59,483 nucleotides of DNA, taken from the NCBI GenBank assembly GCA_965656805.1, contig CBFHLW010000001.1, forward strand, positions 1 to 59,483, written 5' to 3'. Source of the DNA: Alphaproteobacteria bacterium. GTDB lineage: Bacteria > Pseudomonadota > Alphaproteobacteria > RS24. The number at the start of each line of letters is the position of its first letter. Positions within the stretch are counted from its first letter, which is position 1. The translations under genes and the position numbers were made by a program. Positions 51,526-59,483 of the stretch are shown piece after piece. The notes under the pieces are model-generated. The model was not told the DNA's origin, did not search any database, and saw nothing but the letters and a program-made list of their open reading frames with translations.

Positions 51526-53103
51526 TTAACGTCGGCGCAAGTGTGTGAGATCCGCCCGGGTAAAGCCCCGCAAAACCCAAAGGCAAATGCCATAAATGCA
51601 AGCCCCAATAGCAACGGCCAATAAGGTTACGCCCCAAAGCGATAATGACGAGTCTGGCCTTAGCCGCTCAACAAAAAGATAAACACATAGCCCCATTATC
51701 ACCGCCGATAAAATTTGCGCGATGAGGCGCCAAATTAAATTCAGCTCTGGACGCCAATACCCAAGCACCAAGACCCGCACCAAGGTTAAGGCAAGCGTCA
51801 CATAGCCAGCGCAAATGGTTGCAAATGCAATCGCCAAATGACCAAAATCATCGAATAAGAGCAATGATAAACAAATATTAACGACAACACCAATGGCGCC
51901 ATCGATTAATGGTGTGCGCGTGTCTTGGCGCGCGAAAAACGCCGGCTGTAATAATTTAATCAAAATAAAAGCCGGTAAGCCAAGGCAAAAAATCCGAACC
52001 GCGGCGGCTGTCGCTAATCGATCTTCGGGCATAAAAGCGCCTCTTTCAAAAAAGATTTGGACAAGTGGTTCGGCCAAAACAGCAAGGCCAACGGCTGATG
52101 GAATGGTCAGCGCCATACCACTCACAATCGCATTGGACTGGCTTTGTGCGGCACCCTTAAGATCTCTTGCGGAAATAAACCGAGACATTGTTGGCAATAA
52201 AGCAACACCCAAAGCCACACCAACAATACCCATAGGCAATTGATATAAGCGATCGGCATAATAAAGCCATGAGGCCGCGCCCGCCTGGGCGGTTGCAATT
52301 GAGGTCCCAACAAGCAGATTAATTTGCCCAATGCCTGCCGCAAGAATACCGGGTATTGCCAGCCACCATAATTTGCGTACATCTGGGGTTAATCGCGGCA
52401 AGGTTAAATCAATCGTAATGCCCCGCCGAAAAGCGGCAATCACCGCCCAAGCCAATTGAACCGCGCCCGCAACAGCAACTCCCCAAATCAAATAATCAAT
52501 CGCAATTCCTTCAGTGATAAATGCAATCGTTAGGGCTGAGATGAGCACAATATTTAATAAGACAGGCGCAAAGGCTGGCGCAAAAAAGGATCCTCGCGCA
52601 TTCAGCAGGGCCGAGTAAAATGCAAGAAGCGACATAAATAATAAATAAGGAAATGCAATACGCGTATAGTAAACAGCCAAGTCAAATTGTTCTGAATTCG
52701 CTATAAAACCCTGCGCTATGGCCATAACCAAATAAGGCATGAAGATTTGCGCGATGGCCGTAAATAAGACAAGCACCAATAGTAAAACAGCAAAAACAGA
52801 AGATGCGAAATTCCGCGCATTTGTCTCACCGTTTTTTTCAAGCTGCTCAGAATAAAGCGGTACAAAAGCGGCACTAAAAGCCCCTTCAGCAAATAACCTA
52901 CGAAATAGATTTGGCAAACGAAATGCGACGACAAAAATATCCGAGATCGGGCCTGCGCCCAACGCCGCGGCAACAAATATATCTCGTACTAATCCTGTAA
53001 TACGACTGATTAATGTCGCCGATCCTACCGAAAAGGCCGCTCGCAAAACATTGGGTTTAGCAGGCTGCGTATCTGGCGAAGCCTGTTGGTCAGAGCGTGA
53101 CAT
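51526..53103 (-). CDS. murJ: Lipid II flippase MurJ (MviN)
   Basis: 525 aa, polytopic. Contains ISRITGLVRDIFVAAALGAG, FRLPNLFRRLFAEGAFSAAFVP and YYADRLYQLPMGI. Confidence 0.93.
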   Translation of the reverse strand: MSRSDQQASPDTQPAKPNVLRAAFSVGSATLISRITGLVRDIFVAAALGAGPISDIFVVAFRLPNLFRRLFAEGAFSAAFVPLYSEQLEKNGETNARNFASSVFAVLLLVLVLFTAIAQIFMPYLVMAIAQGFIANSEQFDLAVYYTRIAFPYLLFMSLLAFYSALLNARGSFFAPAFAPVLLNIVLISALTIAFITEGIAIDYLIWGVAVAGAVQLAWAVIAAFRRGITIDLTLPRLTPDVRKLWWLAIPGILAAGIGQINLLVGTSIATAQAGAASWLYYADRLYQLPMGIVGVALGVALLPTMSRFISARDLKGAAQSQSNAIVSGMALTIPSAVGLAVLAEPLVQIFFERGAFMPEDRLATAAAVRIFCLGLPAFILIKLLQPAFFARQDTRTPLIDGAIGVVVNICLSLLLFDDFGHLAIAFATICAGYVTLALTLVRVLVLGYWRPELNLIWRLIAQILSAVIMGLCVYLFVERLRPDSSLSLWGVTLLAVAIGACIYGICLWVLRGFTRADLTHLRRR

Positions 53104-55964
53104 TATGACAAAACCTTATCACGTCGCGCCGCAGGGCGCGCGCTCGCCGCCGGGTCGGCAATAACCGCTTTTAACCTGTTTGTTATTTTTGTCAGTTTTG
53201 CCGTGCTTGTTATTTTATAGCCCATGAGATCTGTAACATAAAAAACATCGACAGCGCGCTCACCCCATGTAGCAACCCGAGCTGCCGTAATCGACACATT
53301 ATCATTAAACAAATCACGCGATAAAGCATGTAACAAACCTGGGCGATCCAGTCCGCTGACTTCAATGACTGTTGCTTGATCGGATAGATCATTGTCAATC
53401 ATAACCCGCGCTGGAACACTAAATGCATTTAACCGGCGCGCGACACGTGCTGGGGCAAAATTATCTGGCGCACTGATTTCCCCCAAGAGAACGCCGCGCA
53501 TTGTCTCGCGTAATCTGTCATGGCGCGCCTTGCTAAGCGGACCTTCTGCTTCGGGATCTCGCACATAGAGCGTATCAACAGCCATACCATCACGCGTGGT
53601 CGTAATTCGCGCATCGAGAATATTAAGCCCGGCTACAGCGCATGCACCTGTGAGGCGGGCAAAAAGACCCGGGTGGTCGGGGCTGATAAATGTCACAGCT
53701 GTCACACCACGCAAGTCATCGAAATAGAAATCGACAACCATTTCATCGTCATGTGATTGGGTTAAAAGATCATAGTGCCGGCGCTGAATTCCTATATCGA
53801 AATTGAGCCAATAGGCATCTTGGTGGCGATTGAGATAAGCCTCAACTTTTTTCGGCGATTGGCTGGGAAGCAAATCCTTAAGCGCCGCACGGGCACGATC
53901 TAACCGGATGCTGCGCTTAGCCATTGATCCGCCACCAGTCAGAATAGCTTCAGCTTCTTCATAAAGATCACGCAGTAGTTGGGACTTCCAGCTGTTCCAA
54001 ACGCCCGGCCCAACCGCCTGAATATCAACCACCGTTAAAACATATAAATGTTTTAACCGCTCGGCCGATTGGACAAACGAAACAAAATCTTCAATCGTCT
54101 TCGGGTCGCTTAAGTCACGGCGCTGGGCGACATCGCTCATGACCAAATGCTCTTCAACCAACCAAGCAGTGAGCTCCACCTCCTCGACACTAAACCCCAA
54201 ACGGGGGCCGAGCTTGCGCGCGATCCGAGCGCCAGCAACGGAATGATCTTCTGGGCGTCCCTTTGCGATATCGTGTAATAGCATTGCCAAATAAATGACG
54301 CGCCGGTTCACCGCACCGCCCATCAGCTGGCTGGCCAAGGCATGATCTTTTTGGTGTAGGCCGCGATCAATTTCAGACAATATGCCAATGGCGCGTAGCA
54401 AATGCTCATCGGCCGTATAATGGTGGTACATATTAAATTGCATGAGGGCAACAATACGTCCAAAGTCTGAAATAAACCGACCCAAAACCCCAGCTTCATT
54501 CATGCGACGAAGGGCGCGCTCAGGGTCTTTTCGCGATGTTAGAATTTCTAAGAAGAGCGCATTGGCTTCTTCAGCTTGACACAGTTTGCGATCAATTAAA
54601 TGTAATGACCGCGTAAGTTCACGCATCGTATCGGGATGAATATCAAGGCCATATTTGTCAGCCAGGTTAAAAACCCGAATAAGATTAACTGGATCTTGTT
54701 CAAATACATCAGAGCGCGCTGGGGCAAGCCGCCCCTTACTGATTGCAAACCCATGCACATTTTTTTGGCGTCGAAACAAAGCGGGCAAGCGCACAAGGCG
54801 GCTCCTCTTGGTCTGCTCTTCTTCAAGGGCGGCACAAAAAATAGCCGTGAGGTCACCGACATCTTTTGCGACAAGAAAATATTGACGCATAAAACGCTCA
54901 ACTGCATTGAGACCCTTGGTTGGCTTAACCCCCATGCGGCGCGTTAACTCTGTTTGCACATCAAAGCTGAGGCGCTCCTCGCCGCGACCGCTCATAAAAT
55001 GTAAGTGGCACCGAACAGACCATAAAAACCGAGCGCATCGCTTAAATAAAGCGAGCTCGTCTTTTTGCAAAACTTCAAGTTTAATAAGGGCGTCTATATC
55101 GTCAATGTCATAACAATATTTAGCGACCCAAAAAAGCGTGTTCAAATCTCGCAGCCCACCCTTGCCCTCTTTGAGATTGGGCTCAACCAAATAGCGCGAC
55201 CGTCCCGATTGATTATGACGCTGATCGCGCTCTTCAAGTTTAGCGCTCACAAAATTGCGGCTGGTTCCTTTTTTAACCTTTGTTTTAAAAGCTTTTAAGA
55301 AGTCAGCGTAAAGAGCATCTTCGCCCCACAAATGGCGCGCCTCGAGCATGGAGGTGCGGACTGTCATATCATCGAGCGCTTGACTAACGCATTCATTAAC
55401 TGTGCGTGTTGCGTGCCCAACTTTCAGGCCCATATCCCAAAGCATATAAAGCACATATTCGACAAATTGCTCGGATGAGGCATTTTTTTTATAGGGGAGT
55501 AAAAACAGTAAATCGACATCGGAATAGGGCGCAAGCTGCCCGCGGCCATAGCCGCCTACAGCAACAACCCCAACCTTTTCAGCGTCCGTTGGATTGGCCA
55601 ATCGCAGAACATGTATGAGCGTAAAGTCACAAATGGCGCCCAATAACTCATCCATGAGCTGGGAAAGAAAAATACTACATTTTTCGCCATTAATTTGCCC
55701 GCTTTCAAATTCTGTTTGGGCATAGGCACGGCCATTGTTCATTGTTACCTTTAACAAAGCGAGCGCTTCATTTCGCAAGGTCATATCACTGCCTTGATGC
55801 GCGCGCGCTATTGCGCTCAGCGCAACCCGCAATTGGCTTCCATCAATAAGCGCTTTGTGAGGTATTGCTGGCTTCTTGGCGGTTTCTTGCTGAATAGGCA
55901 ATTTTGCCATATCGTCTCCATCGTCCATCTGACTTATTCTATCACACCGCATACCTGAACGCAT
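53103..55964 (-). CDS. glnD: [Protein-PII] uridylyltransferase/uridylyl-removing enzyme
   Basis: About 935-953 aa. Nucleotidyltransferase domain (AVGGYGRGQLAPYSDVDLLFL), HD domain (LLHDIAKGR) and two C-terminal ACT domains. An alternative start at ATG 55910 (MAKLPIQQ) is plausible. Confidence 0.95.
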   Translation of the reverse strand: MRSGMRCDRISQMDDGDDMAKLPIQQETAKKPAIPHKALIDGSQLRVALSAIARAHQGSDMTLRNEALALLKVTMNNGRAYAQTEFESGQINGEKCSIFLSQLMDELLGAICDFTLIHVLRLANPTDAEKVGVVAVGGYGRGQLAPYSDVDLLFLLPYKKNASSEQFVEYVLYMLWDMGLKVGHATRTVNECVSQALDDMTVRTSMLEARHLWGEDALYADFLKAFKTKVKKGTSRNFVSAKLEERDQRHNQSGRSRYLVEPNLKEGKGGLRDLNTLFWVAKYCYDIDDIDALIKLEVLQKDELALFKRCARFLWSVRCHLHFMSGRGEERLSFDVQTELTRRMGVKPTKGLNAVERFMRQYFLVAKDVGDLTAIFCAALEEEQTKRSRLVRLPALFRRQKNVHGFAISKGRLAPARSDVFEQDPVNLIRVFNLADKYGLDIHPDTMRELTRSLHLIDRKLCQAEEANALFLEILTSRKDPERALRRMNEAGVLGRFISDFGRIVALMQFNMYHHYTADEHLLRAIGILSEIDRGLHQKDHALASQLMGGAVNRRVIYLAMLLHDIAKGRPEDHSVAGARIARKLGPRLGFSVEEVELTAWLVEEHLVMSDVAQRRDLSDPKTIEDFVSFVQSAERLKHLYVLTVVDIQAVGPGVWNSWKSQLLRDLYEEAEAILTGGGSMAKRSIRLDRARAALKDLLPSQSPKKVEAYLNRHQDAYWLNFDIGIQRRHYDLLTQSHDDEMVVDFYFDDLRGVTAVTFISPDHPGLFARLTGACAVAGLNILDARITTTRDGMAVDTLYVRDPEAEGPLSKARHDRLRETMRGVLLGEISAPDNFAPARVARRLNAFSVPARVMIDNDLSDQATVIEVSGLDRPGLLHALSRDLFNDNVSITAARVATWGERAVDVFYVTDLMGYKITSTAKLTKITNRLKAVIADPAASARPAARRDKVLS

Positions 55965-55996
55965 CTCAGATGCGCGTCAATTAAAAATAAAAAGCG

Positions 55997-58663
55997 CTAA
56001 AGCATTTTGCGCAATCGATAGAGCCAGTCGAGTGCGTCCCGCGGTGATAAACGATCGGGGTCAATTTCAGTTAACGCATCTCGCAAGGCATCTGTCTCCG
56101 GCTGTCGTACAATGCCTGCCTCAAACAATGGCAAACCATCCAGCGTCGGCGCAAGCGAGCTGGCCGAACGGCTCTCCTCCAAGGTCTCCAAAATAACCTT
56201 GGCGCGTTCCGTGACAGAAGCCGGCAATCCAGCAAGCTCGGCGACATGAATGCCGTAAGATCGATCTGCAGCACCAAGCGCAACTTCGTGCAGAAAGACC
56301 AGCTCTCCAGCATGTTCTCTTACCCGCATAGTCATATTAAACATGCGCGACATTCGTTCCGTTAAAGCTGTTAACTCATGGTAGTGGGTTGCAAATAATG
56401 TGCGGCACCCTGTAACCTCATGCAAATATTCCACACAAGACCAAGCAAGAGAAAGGCCGTCAAAGGTTGCTGTTCCGCGCCCAATTTCATCAAGAATAAC
56501 TAAGCTACGCGGTGTCGCATTTTTCAAAATAGCTGCCGTCTCAACCATTTCTACCATAAATGTAGATCGGCCGCGCGCAAGGTCATCGGCCGCCCCAACC
56601 CGACTAAACACGCGATCAACCAAACCAATATGTGCTGACTTTGCTGGCACATAACTGCCCATCTGAGCCAGAATGGCTATTAAGGCGTTTTGGCGGAGGA
56701 AGGTCGACTTACCCGCCATATTTGGGCCCGTGAGCAATAAAAGGCGCGCGGCATCTCCCTCGGGGTCGGTTAGACTGCAATTATTCGCGACAAATCGAGC
56801 ACGAGTTTTGTCCAACGCCGCTTCCACAACAGGGTGACGGCCGCCTTCAATATCAAATCGCATGTCGTCACGAAGTTGAGGGCGCGTCCAATCTTGCTCG
56901 CGCGCCAAAAGTGCCAAGGATACAATGGCATCAAGAGCCGCTAAGGCGCGCGCAAGCGTCTCAAGGCGTGGAGCAACGGTTAAGACCTGCTCTCGTAACT
57001 CAGAAAATAAGGTAAGCTCGCGCTGAAGTGCGGTTTCACCTGCGCGACTAATTTCGCCGGCAAGGGCTGCGAGTTCTGTAGTAGAAAATCGCACAGAGCT
57101 TGCCAGTGTTTGGCGGTGAATAAAGGTCTCATTAAAAGGCGGCGCCAACAATTTGTCGCCTTGCCCAACAGGCACATCAATATGATAGCCGAGAACAGAA
57201 TTATATTTTATTTTGAGGGCTTTGACGCTGGTCTGTTCAATATATCGTGCCTGAAGCGCGGCAATGATACGTCGGCTTTCATCACGCAAGGCCCGCACAT
57301 CATCGAGCGCTGGATCAAAGCCAGATCGAATAAAATTACCGTCACGCGTTATGAGTGGAGGTTGCTCTTCTACTGCGCGGCACACGATATCCTGCAAGGC
57401 ATTAAGCTGGCTTTCTATCTCAACCGCCCAGTAATGATGAATGCGTGGCAATTCTAAGGGCGCCAGAACCCGTTGGATAAATTGCCCCGCTTGAATGGCG
57501 CGCCCAATGTTCAGTAAATCGCGTGGGCCTCCGCGATCCAGCGCAAGGCGGCTCAGAGCACGACTGACATCAGGTACGGTTTTTAAGACATTCATTATGT
57601 CATGGGTTGCATTGATTTGATCGAGGTGAAAGGCAACGCCATTGTGACGAGCCTCAATCTCCGCACGCATCAACAAGGGAGCCGACAACCAATGCGATAA
57701 AACGCGGGCACCTGCCGCACTTAAGGTGCGGTCAATTGTTGATAATAAGCTCCCCTTAAAAGATCCTGACTGCGTCCGCACCAGCTCAAGATTTTGGCGA
57801 GTTGCAGCGTCAATATCCATATAAGCGTGGGCGTTGAAGATTTGAGGCACAGACAAGCGAGGGATGCTCGTGATTTGCGTTGTCACCAAATAGTCGAGCA
57901 AAAGTGCAATCGCGCCCAACATCGGTCGCGATAGCGTTGCAGTATCCAGCTTTTCCTCAAAACACTGGGTAATCAGATCTGGTGCCATATCAGAAAGGCT
58001 CTGGGTCAGAGCGCGGGGCGTTATGGTTGTCATAGGGGATACATCTTGAACCACTTGATGGATCGAGCTGAGTGTCTCATCTCGCGCATCATCGATCATC
58101 AAAAGCTCGCTCGGCGCAAGGCGTACCAATGTACCAGGAAGATCATCCGAATGAACGTCGCTCACCCAAAATTCGCCAGTCGACATATCCAGCCAAGCTA
58201 GCGCCGTCGTTCCGCCAATGGCGGCAATTGCAGATAAGAAATTATGAGCGCGGGCCTCAAGCAAGCCCTCTTCACTCAGTGTGCCTGGTGTCACCAGGCG
58301 AACAACTTCCCGTCGCACAACCGATTTACTACCGCGCTTCTTTGCTTCAGCCGGGTCTTCTGTTTGCTCACAAACTGCAACTTTAAACCCCTGCCTAATC
58401 AAGCGATGCAAATAGGCTTCGGATGCATGAAACGGGACACCGCACATCGGTATATCCGCGCCAAGGTGCTTGCCCCGATGGGTCAACGTAATATCAAGTG
58501 CACTCGCAGCTATCACCGCATCCTGAAAAAACAATTCATAGAAATCGCCCATACGATAAAAAACCAAATAGTCCTCATGAGCGGACTTTATGGTGAGATA
58601 TTGCGCCATCATCGGCGTTACGCCGTCTAAGGCTGTCGGGTCAGAAATAGATTTTGCGGTCAT
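55997..58663 (-). CDS. mutS: DNA mismatch repair protein MutS
   Basis: 888 aa. Contains TPMMAQYLTIKSAHEDYLVFYRMGDFYELFF, Walker A TGPNMAGKSTFLRQ, DEIGRGT and ATHYHEL. Confidence 0.97.
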   Translation of the reverse strand: MTAKSISDPTALDGVTPMMAQYLTIKSAHEDYLVFYRMGDFYELFFQDAVIAASALDITLTHRGKHLGADIPMCGVPFHASEAYLHRLIRQGFKVAVCEQTEDPAEAKKRGSKSVVRREVVRLVTPGTLSEEGLLEARAHNFLSAIAAIGGTTALAWLDMSTGEFWVSDVHSDDLPGTLVRLAPSELLMIDDARDETLSSIHQVVQDVSPMTTITPRALTQSLSDMAPDLITQCFEEKLDTATLSRPMLGAIALLLDYLVTTQITSIPRLSVPQIFNAHAYMDIDAATRQNLELVRTQSGSFKGSLLSTIDRTLSAAGARVLSHWLSAPLLMRAEIEARHNGVAFHLDQINATHDIMNVLKTVPDVSRALSRLALDRGGPRDLLNIGRAIQAGQFIQRVLAPLELPRIHHYWAVEIESQLNALQDIVCRAVEEQPPLITRDGNFIRSGFDPALDDVRALRDESRRIIAALQARYIEQTSVKALKIKYNSVLGYHIDVPVGQGDKLLAPPFNETFIHRQTLASSVRFSTTELAALAGEISRAGETALQRELTLFSELREQVLTVAPRLETLARALAALDAIVSLALLAREQDWTRPQLRDDMRFDIEGGRHPVVEAALDKTRARFVANNCSLTDPEGDAARLLLLTGPNMAGKSTFLRQNALIAILAQMGSYVPAKSAHIGLVDRVFSRVGAADDLARGRSTFMVEMVETAAILKNATPRSLVILDEIGRGTATFDGLSLAWSCVEYLHEVTGCRTLFATHYHELTALTERMSRMFNMTMRVREHAGELVFLHEVALGAADRSYGIHVAELAGLPASVTERAKVILETLEESRSASSLAPTLDGLPLFEAGIVRQPETDALRDALTEIDPDRLSPRDALDWLYRLRKML

Positions 58664-58803
58664 GGACGCAGTCTAACAGAGACGCATAATTGGGAAAGGG
58701 CGCAAGACGCTAAAACCAAATTATTTTAATGAAAACATGACTGCTCCTTGTTATCTCGACCTCAAAGGCCTAAAAGAAATAAAAGAAATTTAGGATTATA
58801 ATA

Positions 58804-59483
58804 ATGTCGAGCGATAAATCTTTTACAGATCAAGAAGCACTTCGGTTCCACACGCGCGGAAAGCCCGGAAAGCTTGAGATCGTAGCAACAAAACCAATGG
58901 CAACACAGCGAGATCTCTCACTCGCCTATTCACCAGGTGTTGCGGCGCCAGTAAAGGCCATCGCTGAAAACCCTGACGCGTCTTATGACTACACAACTCG
59001 CGGTAATATGGTCGGCGTTATATCAAATGGCACGGCCATTTTAGGCCTTGGCAATCTTGGCGCCCTTGCGTCCAAGCCTGTAATGGAAGGAAAGGCTGTT
59101 TTATTTAAGCGCTTTGCGGATGTTGACAGCTTCGACCTCGAAATTGACACAGAAGATACCGATGCTTTTGTCGACGCGGTCCGTTATCTCGGGCCGTCAT
59201 TTGGCGGCATCAACCTTGAAGACATTAAAGCGCCAGACTGTTTCATTATTGAACAGCGTTTACGCGAATTAATGGATATTCCCGTATTTCATGACGACCA
59301 GCACGGCACAGCCATTATTTGTGCGGCCGGTCTCATTAACGCTCTATTTTTAACTGGGCGCGATATTAAAGACATAAAAATTGTTATGAATGGCGCGGGT
59401 GCTGCCGGTATTGCATGTCTTGAGCTTATCAAAGCAATGGGGCTCCCTTCTGAAAATGCTATTTTATGCGACACGAAGGGTGT
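58804..59483 (+). CDS. maeB: NADP-dependent malic enzyme (MaeB-type), N-terminal part; continues beyond the window
   Basis: Not in the ORF track because it has no stop in the window. Manual translation from ATG 58804 gives [49 protein letters not shown]...[15 protein letters not shown]...[12 protein letters not shown]...NGAGAAGIA. Confidence 0.9.
   Translation, partial: MSSDKSFTDQEALRFHTRGKPGKLEIVATKPMATQRDLSLAYSPGVAAPVKAIAENPDASYDYTTRGNMVGVISNGTAILGLGNLGALASKPVMEGKAVLFKRFADVDSFDLEIDTEDTDAFVDAVRYLGPSFGGINLEDIKAPDCFIIEQRLRELMDIPVFHDDQHGTAIICAAGLINALFLTGRDIKDIKIVMNGAGAAGIACLELIKAMGLPSENAILCDTKG

Overview
This window is a syntenic core-chromosome segment of an alphaproteobacterium, roughly half G+C by eye. 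I saw no rRNA or tRNA genes, CRISPR arrays, transposases, integrases, phage genes or recognisable defence genes. The taxonomic call rests on RegB/SenC, Irr with a perfect ICE box, an Nfu-type scaffold, and the order tsaB-rimI-fur-plsC-miaB-phoH-ybeY-corC-lnt. Gene content, left to right: regB (truncated by the edge), a secreted ankyrin protein and senC; a class A PBP; gyrB-recF-dnaN-dnaA; a rhodanese; rpsT; a crotonase; fpg; ubiE-ubiB; coaBC-dut; an Rrf2 regulator, cysK and a ThiF/MoeB-like E1; a 2-hydroxyacid dehydrogenase; an SH3-like exported protein; a rubrerythrin / CCG Fe-S protein / DUF3501-like operon; irr; fabA-fabB. A minus-strand block of about 30 kb follows: pnp, rpsO, truB, rbfA, infB, a ylxR-like gene, nusA, rimP, trmB, metK, an XRE regulator, lnt, corC, ybeY, phoH, miaB, plsC, fur, rimI, tsaB, a RutE-like nitroreductase, nfu, usp, trpS, murJ, glnD and mutS. 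A partial maeB closes the window. I do not see an obvious new multi-gene system of the defence or mobile type; this is mostly an ordinary housekeeping region. The most interesting items are: (1) a function-unknown rubrerythrin/CCG-FeS/DUF3501 operon with a perfect Irr ICE palindrome 4 bp upstream of a near-consensus promoter; (2) a signal-peptide ankyrin gene translationally coupled to regB; (3) a repeat-structured noncoding region of about 480 bp upstream of metK; (4) a very AT-rich gap of about 480 bp between rpsT and rhodanese-dnaA, plus a DnaA-box cluster between dnaA and dnaN; (5) a Cys-poor Rrf2 regulator next to cysK and a zinc-site-less E1-like enzyme. All protein calls come from reading the supplied translations and motifs. 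No database search was run.
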